Shown: positions 39,381 through 54,537 of the stretch, in pieces | How the letters are laid out: each line of letters opens with the position of its first letter | Numbering within the stretch: the stretch's first letter is position 1 | Assembly (NCBI RefSeq): GCF_006345805.1 | Contig: NC_043004.1 | Span: 43,028,001 to 43,092,000, forward strand | Origin: Octopus sinensis | Taxonomy: Eukaryota | DNA length: 64,000 nucleotides | Direction of reading: 5' to 3' | The notes under the pieces: generated by a model | What the model saw: only the letters and a program-made list of their open reading frames with translations | What the model was told of the DNA's origin: nothing | Databases searched by the model: none | Program-made: the position numbers and the translations under genes

Positions 39381-40876
39381 TGTAACATTATGCCTCTACA
39401 AAGCGGCCCCATTGAAAAATCATTTTCCTTCCTATCAAATAGGTAACACATAGCCCTGGCATCAACGCAACCTTGTTGCATCGCATGTAAGAACATTCTC
39501 AGCATATTCCCTTTGCTTGCTATTTTTTACGCTGTTTCCAAATAGTGTTTCTTGGGTACTCGCTTCGTCACTGGTTTTTTAAGAAATAGTGTCAACTAAT
39601 TTCTCAATTGACTGTCACCGAGCATTTGCTGTTAACGATTATTTCTGTCAGTCCCTAATTTATTGCAAGTTACTTTTGAAGTAATGTACACTCTAAACCC
39701 TACCGTACACTGCAGGTATTGTACAATATGCAGGTAACGTCCTTGAAGTATGGATATGTAACATAATACACACCAACATATATTACGAAAACTATAACCA
39801 GGAAGAGCAGCCTGTTATCTACCTCAATGTCAAATTTAAAATGACCCGAAATTATATTTTATACTTCTAAACTATTCGCAAAACATTGAGCGAGACTAGA
39901 AGTCAGTGTCCATTCTTTCTCATGATTACCCTAACACAATCTCAGCGAGCATAGATGATATCATGCACGTCACATAATATATACAATAGTCAAAATGATC
40001 GAAAAAATTGTGTAAAAATTGGTCAATATGGCCTTTAGTTAAGCGGGAAGCCTCACAGCGCTACCAGTGTCAGTGCCCTGATCTTTATTTCTCCGGACCC
40101 TTTGTGTCTATTCGGATATGTAAAGTGACTTGACAAAAGGAATTCTAAAAACTGTTTAGGCTGCCATAAAAGTTATTCTCATAATCGAACTGAAGAAGTG
40201 TGTACCACACAACGGAAGCACTTGTTACCCTTGGGATTTTGAATCTGAGTTTCGTGTCTCTATTCGCACAAATCCATCCGACGAGACTTATAAATCGCAA
40301 TATCAACGTGACATAGGCCTACGTGCAGGCAATACGAAGGTTTTTGCTTACGCGCGCGCACATACACAAACAAACACACACACATATACATATACTGGAA
40401 GCATATTTCTAAATCCTACAAGGTTCACAAATAGGATCATTGCGTGGAAATCTTTTATTTGAGGGAGGTATAGAGGTGTCTGCAGCAAATATTCAGCGAA
40501 AATGGCAGATCCTAAAAATATGTGTATAAACGCTAATTTTTCTTAGATTTGCAAATTACATAAGGAATTCATATGATCCAATTAAACTTCGAGGGATCCA
40601 ATTTCTAAAATGTCTACCTGATCCAGCTTTATTGGACAACACTTCGTCGCTAGCATTTGTTAATTTTGTAATTAGTGACAAATGAATCCAGGCACTTCTA
40701 AGTATTGCAATTACTGACAATATGAATAATAGCGGTATTTTCAAGTATAATATTCTAGCCATTAAATTCGTGTGCCTTAGTTTCTTATTGTTATATTTCG
40801 CTTGTTTACTTACAAAGAATAGTGTAATAATCCAGATAGGGATGTTGTCTGTGGTTCAATATACTTCTCTCGTCTT

Positions 40877-41094
40877 GGCGGCGAGCTGGCGGAAACGTTA
40901 GCACACCGGGCGAAATGCTTGATGCTTGGTATTTCATCTGTCTTTACGTTCTGTGTTCATGTTCCGCCGAAGTCGACGTTTCCTTTCATCTTTTTAAGGT
41001 CGATAAATTAAGTACCAGTTGCGTAATGGAGTCGATCTAATCGACTAGCTTCCTCCCCCAAAATTCGGGCTTTTGCCTAGAGTAGGAAAGAATA
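40877..41094 (+). mobile_element. tRNA-derived SINE
   Basis: ggcggcgagctggcggaaacgttagc head; ggtcgataaattaagtaccagtt body. Related pieces at 2745-2932, 34060-34126, 41805-41927(-), 55040-55255. Confidence 0.8.
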
Positions 41095-41804
41095 TACTCC
41101 TCTCTTTTATTCGCAGAGAAGGAAACAGTGTTACTCTGGAGAGGTGTCAAATCTGTTTAATCTAACTGTAAAACTCAAAACAGTAATGATAACGTAAACT
41201 AAAAATTAGGACGCCTCGTAAACGTTCTCGCAAATTCAAGAACTTTGAATTCTATTGGCTAGCAGTCACCACAATACTTATGACGAGCAAACATGTTTTA
41301 TGGAAATATATATATCTTTATGGGAATATATATTATGGAAATATATCTCGTTCATATTTGATATGCCGAAACGATTTTGAAAGGATGTCAGTATTACTTA
41401 ACCAAAGAAGGCAGTAACCTAAGCACTCTTGATGTGGTTTTCATTGATGAAGGTAATATCTTTCCTTAGTACTTAGTATTACTTTCTACGTAAGCATAAG
41501 AACGACAGTGTCTTTCCCTTTAACGATTTACAGGTAAAACTTAAGTAATACTAGAACAAATACAATATGACGTTCTTCTATTTCTGTGCATATAGTTCAA
41601 GAGTTTTTCACTCAACTGCAGTATATGTACACAGTTTGTGCTGGTATCAATGAATTTGCAGGAATTTACATTTTACAATACTTGAAATATGTAATATGTT
41701 GCCATGTGAAAATGATACATAATATTTAGTCTTTTACTTTATGAAAAAAAACTATCCACATATATACATTTACGAAACAACAACACAATGTATTTTCAAG
41801 TTTC

Positions 41805-41927
41805 TTTCCATAGGAAAAAGGATGAAAGGCAAAATCAACCTCGAACTGAACGCAGAAAATATAGACGGACGAAATGCTGCTAAGTAATATCTCCGGCGTG
41901 GTAACGATTCCACCAGTTCTCCACCTT
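41805..41927 (-). mobile_element. Degenerate SINE, 40877 family
   Basis: Reverse complement reads aaggtggagaactggtggaatcgttaccacgccgg..gcatttcgtccgtc..gcctttcatcct. Confidence 0.65.
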
Positions 41928-43269
41928 AAATTAACAATAATCTAGCGAACAAAATATGTTCAATTTTGATAGATTTTAACATGGAAAACAGAATTCTTTT
42001 TTAGCATATTGTTGCAGTGTTCTACTGTTATCTTGAAGCTGATTATACATTGCATATTCTTAGGGATTAATTTAATTTTCGTTGCTCAGATATGAGAAAA
42101 AAAATCTTCCTTAAACACCATAACCGTTGTAATAATTTTCCAATAACCAAACTGAACATCAGTTGAAACATACCGTTTTTAATTCGACGATCAACACATC
42201 CTGAATTTCCGAGGGTAACGAACGCTGTACACTTTTTCGACAAGTGCTCTAACCCGGGGAACTGAAATACACAATGCTGACATATAACTAAAAAAATAGA
42301 ATAAGTAACAAAAAAAAACCATTAAATTGTTGACTAGATATGTAGCAAAAAAACATTTGATTTTAGCATAAAATTACGAATAGAAAACTTTAATATATGA
42401 CACTAAAATATAGAATAGAATCGGTGCAGAATAATATAAGAATATATTATAGAGACACTGCAAGATGATATTGTACTGTAATATACAGATACAATGTAAT
42501 AGATTATAGCAACGCGGAATGGGAACATTTAACTATACAATAGAAATGCTTAGGAAAACGTGGAACAGTAAATATCAATATTGAACTACACTGCAGAAAT
42601 ATGTAATAAAAACTGAATAATGTAAATTAGTACTATAATACTATACAATTATGAATATAATACGTAACATAGAATAGAGCGATTTGGGGAAATAAAAGGT
42701 GTTTTATATTATCAGAATTCATTTTAATTAGCGTATTTACAGTAGATGTTTTTTTTTCGTGCAAATTTATTTTTATATTCAAAGTATAAAGATGATTTTC
42801 GTCCAAAAATGGATGTGAGAGACACGGTTGTCATGGTAATCGTTTTTGTGGAACGTTAAATCTGACATAAACTTTTGAAAATTGTGCATGTCAAATGGAA
42901 AATATGACTTCTTTTAATGGTTCTTGGAAAGATATGTAGGTGTAATACCGAAAGCGGCAGTAATGACATGTTGCAGCGAAGAAATGATGCAAAAATCAAC
43001 CCTAGTAAAAACAACTGCTATGAGAAGAAACTACTAATCAACTACATAAACAGCACTGCTAGTTGCGATTGGAAAAATAAAACAAACATGTAAATAAATA
43101 AAGAAAATTAATGCATTGGGAAGTACAAGTTTTAACATTCTTCATATAAAAAAAGAATGATTGATATTGACATTGAAGATCATATATTGAAATCATCATC
43201 AGTAGCAAAAACGGCAAATCAATATCAAAACTATGAACAGCGACAAACTTTTTCTTGGTGTTGATTGTT

Positions 43270-43564
43270 CCTTTTCGAACCATGCCTGGCTCATAGCGCC
43301 GGTTTCCCAGTTTCTTGGCGTATAGGTTCCCCACCTGGACGGGACGCCGGTCCGTCGCAGGTGAGCTGCAAGGTGCAGGAGGGAAGAGTGATTGAAAGTT
43401 GTGGCGAGAGAGTCGGCAGAAGTTTCACCATTACCTTCTGCTAGAGCCGCATGGAGCTTAGATGTTTCGCTCATAAACACACACATTGCTCGGTCTGAGG
43501 TTCGAACTGGCGATCACTCGACCGCGAGTCCGCTGTTCTAACCACTAGGCCATATGCCTCCACA
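43270..43564 (-). mobile_element. tRNA-derived SINE, full length
   Basis: A box tggcctagtgg, B box agttcgaacct; body related to 51706-52008. Confidence 0.8.
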
Positions 43565-43949
43565 GGGACAAACGTTACATCAAGGGGAAAGAAGAAATGC
43601 TCTTGGTAAACATCAACAATAACAAAATATTTTCTAACGCAGTCACTAAATCGTCTAAATTTGCGTAGGGTGTCTTCTATTACAGAGACAAATACAGAAG
43701 GTGAATTCTAGAAAGTGATAAAAAGCTAAAGGACGTTTCATTTATGCATGTCTCTCGCAGGAAAGTTCCTTGATTCCAACCTGTATAAGAAACCTCATGG
43801 TCCATAATGTGATGAACCTTTATAGAAATGGTTAAACATTATTATATTAATATGATGGGGCATGTCCCGATCATCTATGATGGGAATTCAGCAGAAAGAC
43901 CAGGTGAAATATATCACTGGCAAATGTTAAAAATGTTGGCACGTACTTC

Positions 43950-44200
43950 AATTGGAAACCATTGAGATTACCGTCGTGCTAGTAAAGAGCATAAAATCAT
44001 AATGCTTGCATTGCAGTAGTATTAACACTTTCCTCCTTCGTAAGTCCATACTGAACATTAATTCCTGCCGTTGGGGTCGGGGATCATTTAGTAGATTTCT
44101 TCCACGTTTCCGATCACTACCACTGAAATGTTTCCAATGATTGTGTAATAGCAGTTGCCTAAAATTCTTTGATTTACTGAAAAACAATATTATGATATTT
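43950..44200 (-). pseudogene. Possible mariner relic
   Basis: WKHF..RGRNLLNDPRP (cf. GRTSLEDDPRPGRP). Confidence 0.3.
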
Positions 44201-46533
44201 GTTCCTAATTCTGTGCGTATTTTAAGAAGTAGTGGAAAAAAATATTTTTTCTGAATTTTGGATTATATATTATACTCAAAATTAAACCAGATCCAGCGGG
44301 TAAGAAGAATATGCAATTTGTGCCCCGCTGTACTACTGAGTATACATATTGTTGAACAGGAGAATTTGGCTATATATTTAAGAACTTTAAGTCATTATTG
44401 TGATGATAAATTTAAGTAATATTGACGTATCTGTTGGTATGTGAAATGTTAAATAAAAGCCAAAATTAAATGATATATCATCATTCGTGTACATGCAAAT
44501 TAATTAATTTCCTTGCAGGCACATATTTGGCAGATACTTTATATAACAAAATATAATTAGGAAAGTATTGAATTAAATTTTTGCGTTGAGACATTTGTAT
44601 TAGACTGTAGAATATATAGATATGATATATTGCAGGGTATATTATACATCATAAATTAAATATGTAAGAAAGAATTGCTTTGAATATCTATAGTGAATGA
44701 ATATACATATGAAGTACATATTACTCGCTAGAGTCTTCTGCAAGAAGGTTGACATGCCCATGTTATATGAGAAAGAGTAATTGTCAAAAAAAAAAAAATC
44801 ACAAATAAAATGAAAACACAAATCAAGCAATATAGCATGGAGTTTGAGATATATAACTCTATAATAAAATATAAATGAATAGATGTATGTACGAATGAAT
44901 ACATGAACACCTGAATGTCGCACATTCATCCTTTCAAATATTTTATTGAAAATAAGTGAGAGTTATGCTCGAGTAAACAGATAGGTTTAGAAAATAATTT
45001 CTATTTCTGAGGAACTGTATGACGGCAAATCTCGTAGTGTAAAGAAAAGAATTCAAAGGAAAGGGTTTTGAAGAATACTGATGAAAGAATCAGATGCAAT
45101 ATGCATTGAATATTGCATCTGGCGTTTGGGAATATATTGACACTGTAGATATTTTATATTCTATTTCGTAATATATATGTATAGTAATATTTTTTAAAAT
45201 GCGGATTTTGAAAGTGAGGTGTTTTTTTCCTCAAATAATAATTTCTTACGGCTTCACAAAGCCATAAATTTACATGCGTGTTGTATATTAGAATTAAGTA
45301 ACCGCAGTGTATACTCAATAAGTCTTTGTTCTTGTTTCTTTTATCTATGTTATCGAGGCGGCAAGTATGAAATCTCCTAGGTATTTCCACGGTGAACAAA
45401 TATATGTATTATAATGAAGCTGTCCAAACCTGTCCCTAATTCGCCTTCTATTTTATTACTAAGGAATCCGTTTTGGCTTTGTCGCAATGAGAAACATTTC
45501 TACAAATTTACAGTCTATTCACTATGTCTACGTATTTGATAGGCGATCCGCAGCATATTTGAGCCCGAAACATATGACATGCCTAAATATTTTTGATAGG
45601 CGCTCTATCGAATCAGCAGCAGTCCGTGTATCTGAACCTATCACAAATAATATCTTTAAAATCTTTTTAACCATGATATGTTTGGAACTCCAGTCAGCAA
45701 CGAATTAAACGATATGACGATTCTACAGGTTAATACTGCTGTAGGATTTATCAAGCCGGAATGTAAAAGGAATGTCTGTGCAAAATTTAAATATCCAAGA
45801 TTTATTGGATATGACATTCGACTGCACTTTTTCATCCCAACCTAGTGATTTTTACTTTCATGATATATGGATACATTGATTGCATCAGTTCAATATATCA
45901 CTTGCATTAATATCATCGAGCCAAGAAAAATGAAAGGGAAATTATATTGAAGTAGAATTTGAATCCAGAATCAAAAGAATTACACTAACGATATTCGTAT
46001 TTCCCACCTTCAAATAGTAAGTACATGAAAGCAAATGCAAAAAGCTAAAGGAAACTAGGCGTCCAGGATGCATGGTGAAATACCGAACAGGTATATATAC
46101 GCACATAAATTCAAATGTATATTTCCTTGGCACAATTTTACTGCGTAGCAATGCAGAAGTATACACAATGTATGCAATGGGAAAGCAAAATGTTAGATGA
46201 AGGGAAGACAATAGATATGATTAAAGAGATGAGATAAAATATGAATAGCGTGTGCATTTATTCATTGAAGAAAGGCGTTACAAGGTGATAAATACAAATG
46301 CGTAAGGAGAGGCAAAATTATAGGAAAATCCAAGTGGCAGTGAATGAAGAATTGAGATGATGTTCGAATATTCATATATTGCATTTCTATCATACCTATT
46401 ATTTGTAATATTCATTAGCACATTTATCTAGCAATATATCGATGAAATTAACTACAAAGAGTTTCATCGAAGCAGTTCTGCCTAAACAGAACATCTAATA
46501 TATGCCAGTTGATAACGCTAAATATACATATAT

Positions 46534-46593
<60 letters not shown>

Positions 46594-47727
46594 TATATAT
46601 ACATACATATATATATATATATATTATATATATATATAATAAATGTATTAGCTCATATTTTGTGCACTCCAAGGGTAACAACTAATAAATATTCTGGTAA
46701 TACATGCTATCAGAAAAAAGATGCAGAAAATGTGAGGTGGTAGAAACATTGATATTCCACCTAATCTCTTCATATGTTACGATTTGAAATATATCTCTGA
46801 TATTAATGATGTTCACTTAACTTTAAATACAGCCTATAGTGGTCTCATACTACTGTAATTCCAACCAATTATTTTCGTAATTTGACTTGCTTGACTGCGT
46901 CTGTAAATTGGAATATAATTTCGGTGTGTAAGTAATTATGAATATAATATGATGCAGCGTATCACATTATACTCATATAACTGAATTTCTGTATTACTGT
47001 CGTGATTAATGGCAAATAGAAATGTCTATAAAATATTGTTCATTTATTTATAAATAATGTAAATTATATAACAATGAAAAATATTGTGTGCTATTCAAAT
47101 TTCCAAATACACGAAGTTACTCCAATGTGACTGTGTAGCAGAAACAGTCTAGCTAAAAACTAGTTACAACTGGTGTCAGCAACATAAATTCACGAGTTCG
47201 AATTATCGCAGCAAAGATGATTCCTAAATAACCTTCTAAAGATATTTCACTTTGCATGCAGCATGTACACACTACTAATAACGTCGTAGATTAATGTAAG
47301 TAATGCTTGCTGAAATACTCGAGATATTAATTAGAAATGTAGAAATATTTTAGATATTAAATTTGAAATGGTTAACAACTACGCATTGATTTTGTGGAGA
47401 ATATAGCATTCTTTTTTTTAGTGAACAGAAAAAAGATAACAAACTGGTCATGCAAAATGTCAGATAATTGGAGGTTAGAAGAATACATCAGTATACATCT
47501 ACTACGTATTGCGTGTGTGCGCGTGTATGTCTGTGTGTGTCTGTGTGTCTGTGTGACTGTGGATCTGTGTGTGTGTACATATACTAGTGGAAAGCAAAAC
47601 TTATCCACACTGAAATTTACTTTAGGGGTGACTGCATACAGATCGCTCAATAGTGGGGTTCCTGTATCATATAACCAAGGTTTGATCTTGATCGCTCCGG
47701 CTTTCTTCGTTGTATTACAAAGGAAAA

Positions 47728-48424
47728 ATGACCGCTCAACTGGAAGTGTACAGCAATGTTGAACAGGGATCAGTGATCTGATTTCTCTTTCTGAAGGTGA
47801 ATCATGGGCTGAAATTCATTGCAGTCTTTTTGTACGACTCGAGACAGGAGTGTGTATGAGTAAGTCAAAATTTTAGAAATGGCAAGGAAAGTGTGAGACA
47901 CGAAGAAAATTCAACAAGATCGAGAGAGAGAGAGGTTGCGCGAACTGACGAGTGACCATCGAAGAACTAGCATGTTCTCTGCAAATCAGTTATAGTTCTA
48001 CATACAAAATCATCAACGACATGGTTCGCTTCCGTAAATCTAACCTAGATGGATGCCGAGAGTTTACTAAATCCTATAAGGGTACGTGCCTGGAGAAGAT
48101 CTGACAAAGCTTATTCGACTGCAAGAAGAACCTTCAAAGAAGGAACAGTCACTCCGAGCTAGAATCCAAAAGGCACACTATGGAGTGGAATAATTTGGAA
48201 TCTCCTGCCAAAAATAAATTCCTGTCTCAAGCGTCCGCAACAATGTCTGACGTTAACGGTCTTTGAGGATGCTAAAGTGCTTCTGCTGCAATATTGCCTG
48301 GAAAAGGCGTCTACAGGGACCAGTTACAAAGAAAAGCCGCCCAAGAAATTAGACCAGCAAATCACAGCAACCTGTGAGGTCTATGGATAAAAATCAAGTG
48401 TTAGTGTGGCACGGCAATGCTCGT
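47728..48424 (+). pseudogene. mariner transposase relic
   Basis: EQGSVI*FL..AEIH; FRNGKESV; RVTIEELACSLQISYSSTYKII; RWMPR (WVPR motif); ESKRHTMEW; LTVF*D; HGNAR. Confidence 0.8.
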
Positions 48425-48489
48425 GTGTGTGTAGTTATACGTGTATGAATGTGTGAGTATGTAAATATATGTATGCACATACATACACA

Positions 48490-48539
<50 letters not shown>

Positions 48540-48583
48540 ATAGTATGTGACAATTATTCAGTAGCCATGATAAAACTCCCAGT

Positions 48584-48614
<31 letters not shown>

Positions 48615-48859
48615 TATTATTATTATCATTATTATTATAAATATTGAATTTTTAAATGTCTCAGAGAGACATAAGCGGTGGTGGGGCGATATAGTGGTTG
48701 AATACTGTCAACTCAATGTGACAGTCTCGTAAGAGAATTACACCACCGACATTTAGCCCTAGGAAACATCGAGGTTTCCTGTCGGCTTTGACTCATTTTC
48801 TGTATCCTTATATTTGCAAAAGGGAGGCAATCACCCTCGCCAGCTGACACTAGCACCTT

Positions 48860-48970
<111 letters not shown>

Positions 48971-49345
48971 CGAACCTCATTCATATTTTGAATTCGGCGG
49001 TGCTAACATTGAATTTGATCTGTCTAATACCGTTAGGTAGAAAGATTTGTTCAACTATTCTAGTACCTTCGAATTATCGTGGAAAGCCATGCCAATGAAG
49101 AATATGGGTAGTAAAGTATAATTTAATATTCTTTTTTGCAAAACCTAATTGAGAAACGCGCGTCCATGGATAACTAGATATTGATTGATTTTCGTTGCTT
49201 TACTCTCTGCTTGTGTGAATTATCTTCAAGTATTTTGGTTTCTCCGGGAGAAGAAATAGCTAAGATTTTTGGCTGCTATTTCTAAACTTCGGTGTGTGGT
49301 GAAGCAAATCTTTGCTGAACCCTTTTTATTAGTATATATATATAT

Positions 49346-49458
49346 CACGTGATCACGTGACCGACCAGACCATCAAATGTTGTTACACATCGCTGGTCAC
49401 AATGCGTTTGCATTGTTTTAGCCTTCGAATGACGCCAACCCGCTGGCTAAGCGAGCAG

Positions 49459-49461
<3 letters not shown>
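49346..49461 (-). mobile_element. SINE 3' fragment, 51706 family
   Basis: Reverse complement matches 51890-52003 (ggcctgctcgcttagc..tgtgaccagc..ggtcggtcacg). Confidence 0.8.
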
Positions 49462-49500
<39 letters not shown>

Positions 49501-49511
49501 TATTCTGATAT

Positions 49512-49566
<55 letters not shown>

Positions 49567-49704
49567 CGGAGATGTACTCGCATAGCAAGTAATTTGATCT
49601 GAGATCGTGTGCTGAAACGAAAACAATTGCAGCGTGGAAGGTGTTTATAAGCCATTTAAGAAACACACAAAAGCCGTTCGATTCACTTCAACATTTAAGT
49701 TTAA

Positions 49705-49753
49705 TTTGTCAAAATATTTTCGTCGCTAAAATCGCGACCTGTTCACTGACAAA
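49705..49753 (-). ncRNA. Type-I HHR, G3-C8 core (opposite arm)
   Basis: tttgtca GTGAACA g gtcgc gatttta gcgac GAAA atat TT tgacaaa. Confidence 0.8.
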
Positions 49754-49773
49754 GTCCGAGATGCAGCACGGAC

Positions 49774-49823
49774 TTTGTCAGTGAACAGGTCGCGGATTTT
49801 AGCGACGAAAATATTTTGACAAA
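49774..49823 (+). ncRNA. Type-I HHR, G3-C8 core
   Basis: tttgtca GTGAACA g gtcgc ggatttta gcgac GAAA atat TT tgacaaa; 7-bp stem I, 5-bp stem II, AAUAUU stem III. Confidence 0.8.
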
Positions 49824-50727
49824 TTAAACTTAAATGTTGAAGTGAATCGAACGGCTTTTGTGTGTTTCTTAAATGGCTTATAAACACCTTCCACGCTGCA
49901 ATTGTTTATATATATATATATATCAGAATATGCATGCACAGGCATATATATTTGCAGGTGAGAAGTTAGAAACGTAGACAACGTCCAGGGAATTACTGTT
50001 TCTCATGGTAATGCATAATCTCAAAAGTATATTTTCGTATGGACCAAGGTAAAACTTATTACACGTATGGAAATTATACATAAGCTATTATTTAAAATTC
50101 GCACATATTTGGACTGTGTGTGAATACATGTCTACATCACCTAATCCTCGTCTATCATCTCGTGATTAGATCCACATCATTTATTTCGATCCAGGCTTTA
50201 GGACTTTCATCCAATGGATGAAAATATAATTCTACATTGTAGAAGTATATTCTAGCAGAAATAACAAAAATACACACCTGTCACAATTCCATGATAAGTG
50301 TATATTATGACCAAACTGTATTAATTCTTGGTAAAACGAACACCGGGTTTTTAATTTTAAAAAGTAGATTGGCTTATTAATATCTTCGTATGATACATTT
50401 TAAAACGTAACCTGTCATATATCACTAGTTGAAATCTTGATGGATATCTCCATCATAGTTTAAGATTTTCATATATTCGAAGTAAAAATAGAAATAGATT
50501 AACTCCGATATGTTTATATCGAAACTGAAGAAATAAATCTATATATCGAAAACTTCGTGCACCTGATTTGCCTTAAGAGATAAGAATTATATTTATGTGT
50601 TTCTTATTTTCGTATTATTGGAATTTTACATATCCTACAGTGTTGATGCAAATCCAGTTCGTAATCAATCAATTTATCATGAACATATATAAAGATGTAA
50701 TATTAGTTACATGCACACAGAGACATA

Positions 50728-50765
<38 letters not shown>

Positions 50766-51040
50766 TATATACATACATATAAATACATGTGGATACACTC
50801 AAACACTCCCACAGACACATACGCGCGCACACACGGGGATTTATATATATATATATATACAAATATAACGTCGTATATACACTAATGTAGCTCTCAACAT
50901 GTTTGATTAGAGTTATTTGCTGTTTGCATGTGTCTGCCTGCATGAATTTATATTTCATGGGCAAATAGGAGCCTCCGCTCCATCATATGTTCAGTCTTGA
51001 ATCATACTGTAAGTATATATACGAATATATATGAATAAAC

Positions 51041-51094
<54 letters not shown>

Positions 51095-51468
51095 GTACGT
51101 AAATATGAGGCAAACTTATTTATTTTCTACGTTTCGTGTTTCACCGCGAAAGAATTGACCACGTTAGGGTTCGCCACTCGCATTCTATCGTTACAACGTT
51201 ACTGATCCCCCCCCCCCCACCAGTGAGTGAGGAAAATACATTTAGCTGTCTTCAGTTTTATATCCATCAGCAGAAAAAGGTAAAGCATTTGAATTATTGA
51301 TATTGAATATGAATTTGCATCTGTAAGTCTTAGGTCTACAACTAAACAGTTTGAGTTTCATAAATATTTCGGTTCGACTCCTGAAGAACTTGTATTTTGA
51401 ACACTAAGCTATGGGAGTATAAGTGTGCGCGTGTATATACATATGAGAGTATGTATATATATATATAA

Positions 51469-51529
<61 letters not shown>

Positions 51530-51624
51530 CATATATATACATACATATATATACATATATATACATATATATACATACATACATATATATACATACATAC
51601 ATATATATACATACATACATATAT

Positions 51625-51691
<67 letters not shown>

Positions 51692-51705
51692 TATATATAT
51701 ATATA

Positions 51706-52008
51706 TATATGGCCCAGTGGTTTGGACAGCGCACTCGGAGTTGTAGGATCACGGTTTCGATTCCCTGACCGGGCGTTGTGAGTGTTTATTGAGTGAAAAT
51801 ACCTAAAGCTCCACGAGTCTCCGGCAGGGGGTGGTGGCGATCTCTGCTGTACTCTTTCGCCTCAACATTCTCTCATTCATTCTTCTGTAGGCCTGCTCGC
51901 TTAGCTAGCGGGGTGGCGTCATCTGAAGGCTAAAACAATGCGAAGCGCATTGTGACCAGCAATGTGTAGCAATATCTGATAGCCTGGTCGGTCACGGTGA
52001 TCACAGTG
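51706..52008 (+). mobile_element. tRNA-derived SINE in (TA)n
   Basis: A box tggcccagtgg, B box ggtttcgattccc; ends ggtcacggtgatcac. Confidence 0.8.
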
Positions 52009-54451
52009 ATATATATATATACATATGTATATATAAGATCCAAAGATCGAGACATAGGAAAGAATTTAGCTTCAAGCAAGCCATAGTAAATGTATTAAAA
52101 CATCCCTCAGGGACCAATTGATCCGGATTTTTTCGTATCATTTACGATAAGCTGAAAAGGAGTTCCTTTTATACTTCACGGTAGGTGACGAGAGTTTTGT
52201 ATGGGAATAGGAATACAGGAGTTAAGAAATGGGTACAGATAAAGGGACTTGATGTAAATATATTTTTTTTACCACTATGTCATATTTTCTTGTATTCTTT
52301 GAAATCCTGAAAATTGTTTTATATTCTTTGTCAATATATTGAAATATTCTAAGCAAAATCGATCTATTGAAAGGAAGCAGGACAATTGTTCGTCAACATT
52401 ATTAACAGATGAGTGCATACTTTTGTCCATTTACACTACGACGAGTAGAGCTTTAATTATAGTTCCACTAAAGATGAGAAAAAAAGAAAAGCTATTAAAT
52501 ATAATTCATATAAGTAAAACAAAACTGGAAGCATTTTCACTCTTAAGAAATTATGTACTGATTGTATACAAGGCAGCAAATCTCAGTATGATACGCATCT
52601 TCTTAATGAAACTTGCACACGTTGAGAGTATGCAACTGAAACACAAATTTGCATTGACTTGCATAACATATTTACATGACATGTTTTTTTCATGATATTT
52701 CATTAAATGATTAATCAGAGATTAAATAAAACGCATTTGATGACTTCATATTCAGAATAAAACGTCCTCGAATATTTGGGTTCACCGCGTTTGAAATACA
52801 TATAAAAAAATCACCTTGAAAACGAAAATTAAAGCATATACATAGTATGAAATTAATCGATCTTGTAATTGAAATACAGCAAAGGAAAGAGCATGCCAGG
52901 TAATTTAGAACATGCACTAATACTAATTGCACTGATGTCTTCAGAGTTTCTTACCTCTTTAATTTCAGAGGGGAGAGTTGCACAAAATGTGTTGCGAATG
53001 ATATCAAAATAGTTTTCATTAAAATCTAATGCATATTAATTAGATACACTATATTTGGAGGTGGCTGTGTAAGTGTGGTTTTCCTTAGCATATTATTTTC
53101 TTTCTTGTAGTGCAAAATTTAATGTTCTAACGATCTGAAAAGTGAATTTTGCAAGATCATGAACAGCGGAACAGGAATTAAACTAATAATGGAATTTAAA
53201 CCATTCTTTTTACGTATACAATATTAGTAAATTCATGTAATAAACTGCATTGGCAATTTTTAACATTCAACACTAACGTCACTTTTGTTATTCTATGTTA
53301 CTGAATAGTATTATCTTTTGCTATCACGAAACCGCAGTTGAGTTTTAATATAATCAACTATATGATTTTTGAATTAGTCGCGGTGCAAATGCAAAAAAGA
53401 AACCCATTGCTTATTCATATATTACCACCTAATTGTGTTATTCAAATTTACAATTCAGAATAGTACATAGAGACTAAGCTAATGTATTATGCTTCATTTT
53501 CTCGTTTCAACTTCTCTGTAGGAAATAGAATAAGACTGTTTCTGTTGCTCGATGTTTTAGTGCAAGTAGTAAGAATTTAATTATCAACAATATGGATCAC
53601 ATAGACCATTAGATTTGAACTTATAAGCACATGTACATCAAGAGTCGCTCATATATTCATGCTCGCCTTCCATTATTTCACTGAATATATTATATTTTTC
53701 ATATAGAGAAACGGAAGGTGTATTCAGTACATGTAGTCACCGGTGCTTCTTCGAAACTAGACTTCACACTGTCCCTGACGAAAATGTTTCTAACTTGAAA
53801 CGATGGTAGATGACGGCAACATACATTAGAGTTACATTAATATTGTTGTTACGTGAATAGAATTTCGGCGGAAAACTGTTACAAAATATACCTAAGTATA
53901 TATTTATGTATGTGAGTTGCAAATTCAATACTATCTGTAGTATAAAACACAAACTTCGGCGGTGGTATATCAGGTTCTGTACCCAGAATGTGTTCATCGT
54001 TAAATTTAAGCTGAAAGTAATTCATAGAGCTTTCAATTAAACATCTGAGTTATATTGAACAAAGACATACTTCGTGACATCTATGACAGCAAAAGGAAAT
54101 GTAATATTAAATTATGATAAAACAAGATATCCATAAAATACACACACATACACACACACACACCGAAACACACACCCACACACACACACACATATATGTA
54201 TATATATATATATATTATATATATATATATAGATAGATAGATAGATAGATGTATTATAAATGCATATGACTCTTTTATCCTCTCTCTCTCTCTAACTAAA
54301 TATGTATCTATCTATCAACCTATACCTGCCTATATATATACAAATGTATATATATATATATATGTATAAATATATATATACATATACATATATATTTATT
54401 TATATATATATAAGTGGGTATGTCCATGTATATATATATGTATGTATACAT

Positions 54452-54489
<38 letters not shown>

Positions 54490-54492
54490 GCA

Positions 54493-54537
<45 letters not shown>

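Larger units (their letters stand above)
49565..49907. mobile_element. Fold-back PLE-derived mini-element with near-perfect ~137-bp arms
   Basis: 49622-49758 is the reverse complement of 49769-49907 with one indel; (TA)n on both sides. Confidence 0.92.

Noticed and set aside
40188-40225. CTGAAGA followed by a gtgtg/cacac hairpin
   Set aside because: No GAAA or stem III after the stem.
42828-42841. Isolated X-box-like gttgtcatggtaat
   Set aside because: A single short motif with no supporting context.
43490-43560. tRNA-like sequences here and at ~51709 and ~56975
   Set aside because: A/B boxes run into SINE bodies with no complete cloverleaf; these are SINE heads, not tRNA genes.
53771-53810. 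CTGACGA..GAAAcg HHR-like string
   Set aside because: Lacks U16.1 and the stems are weak; at best an unprovable relic.
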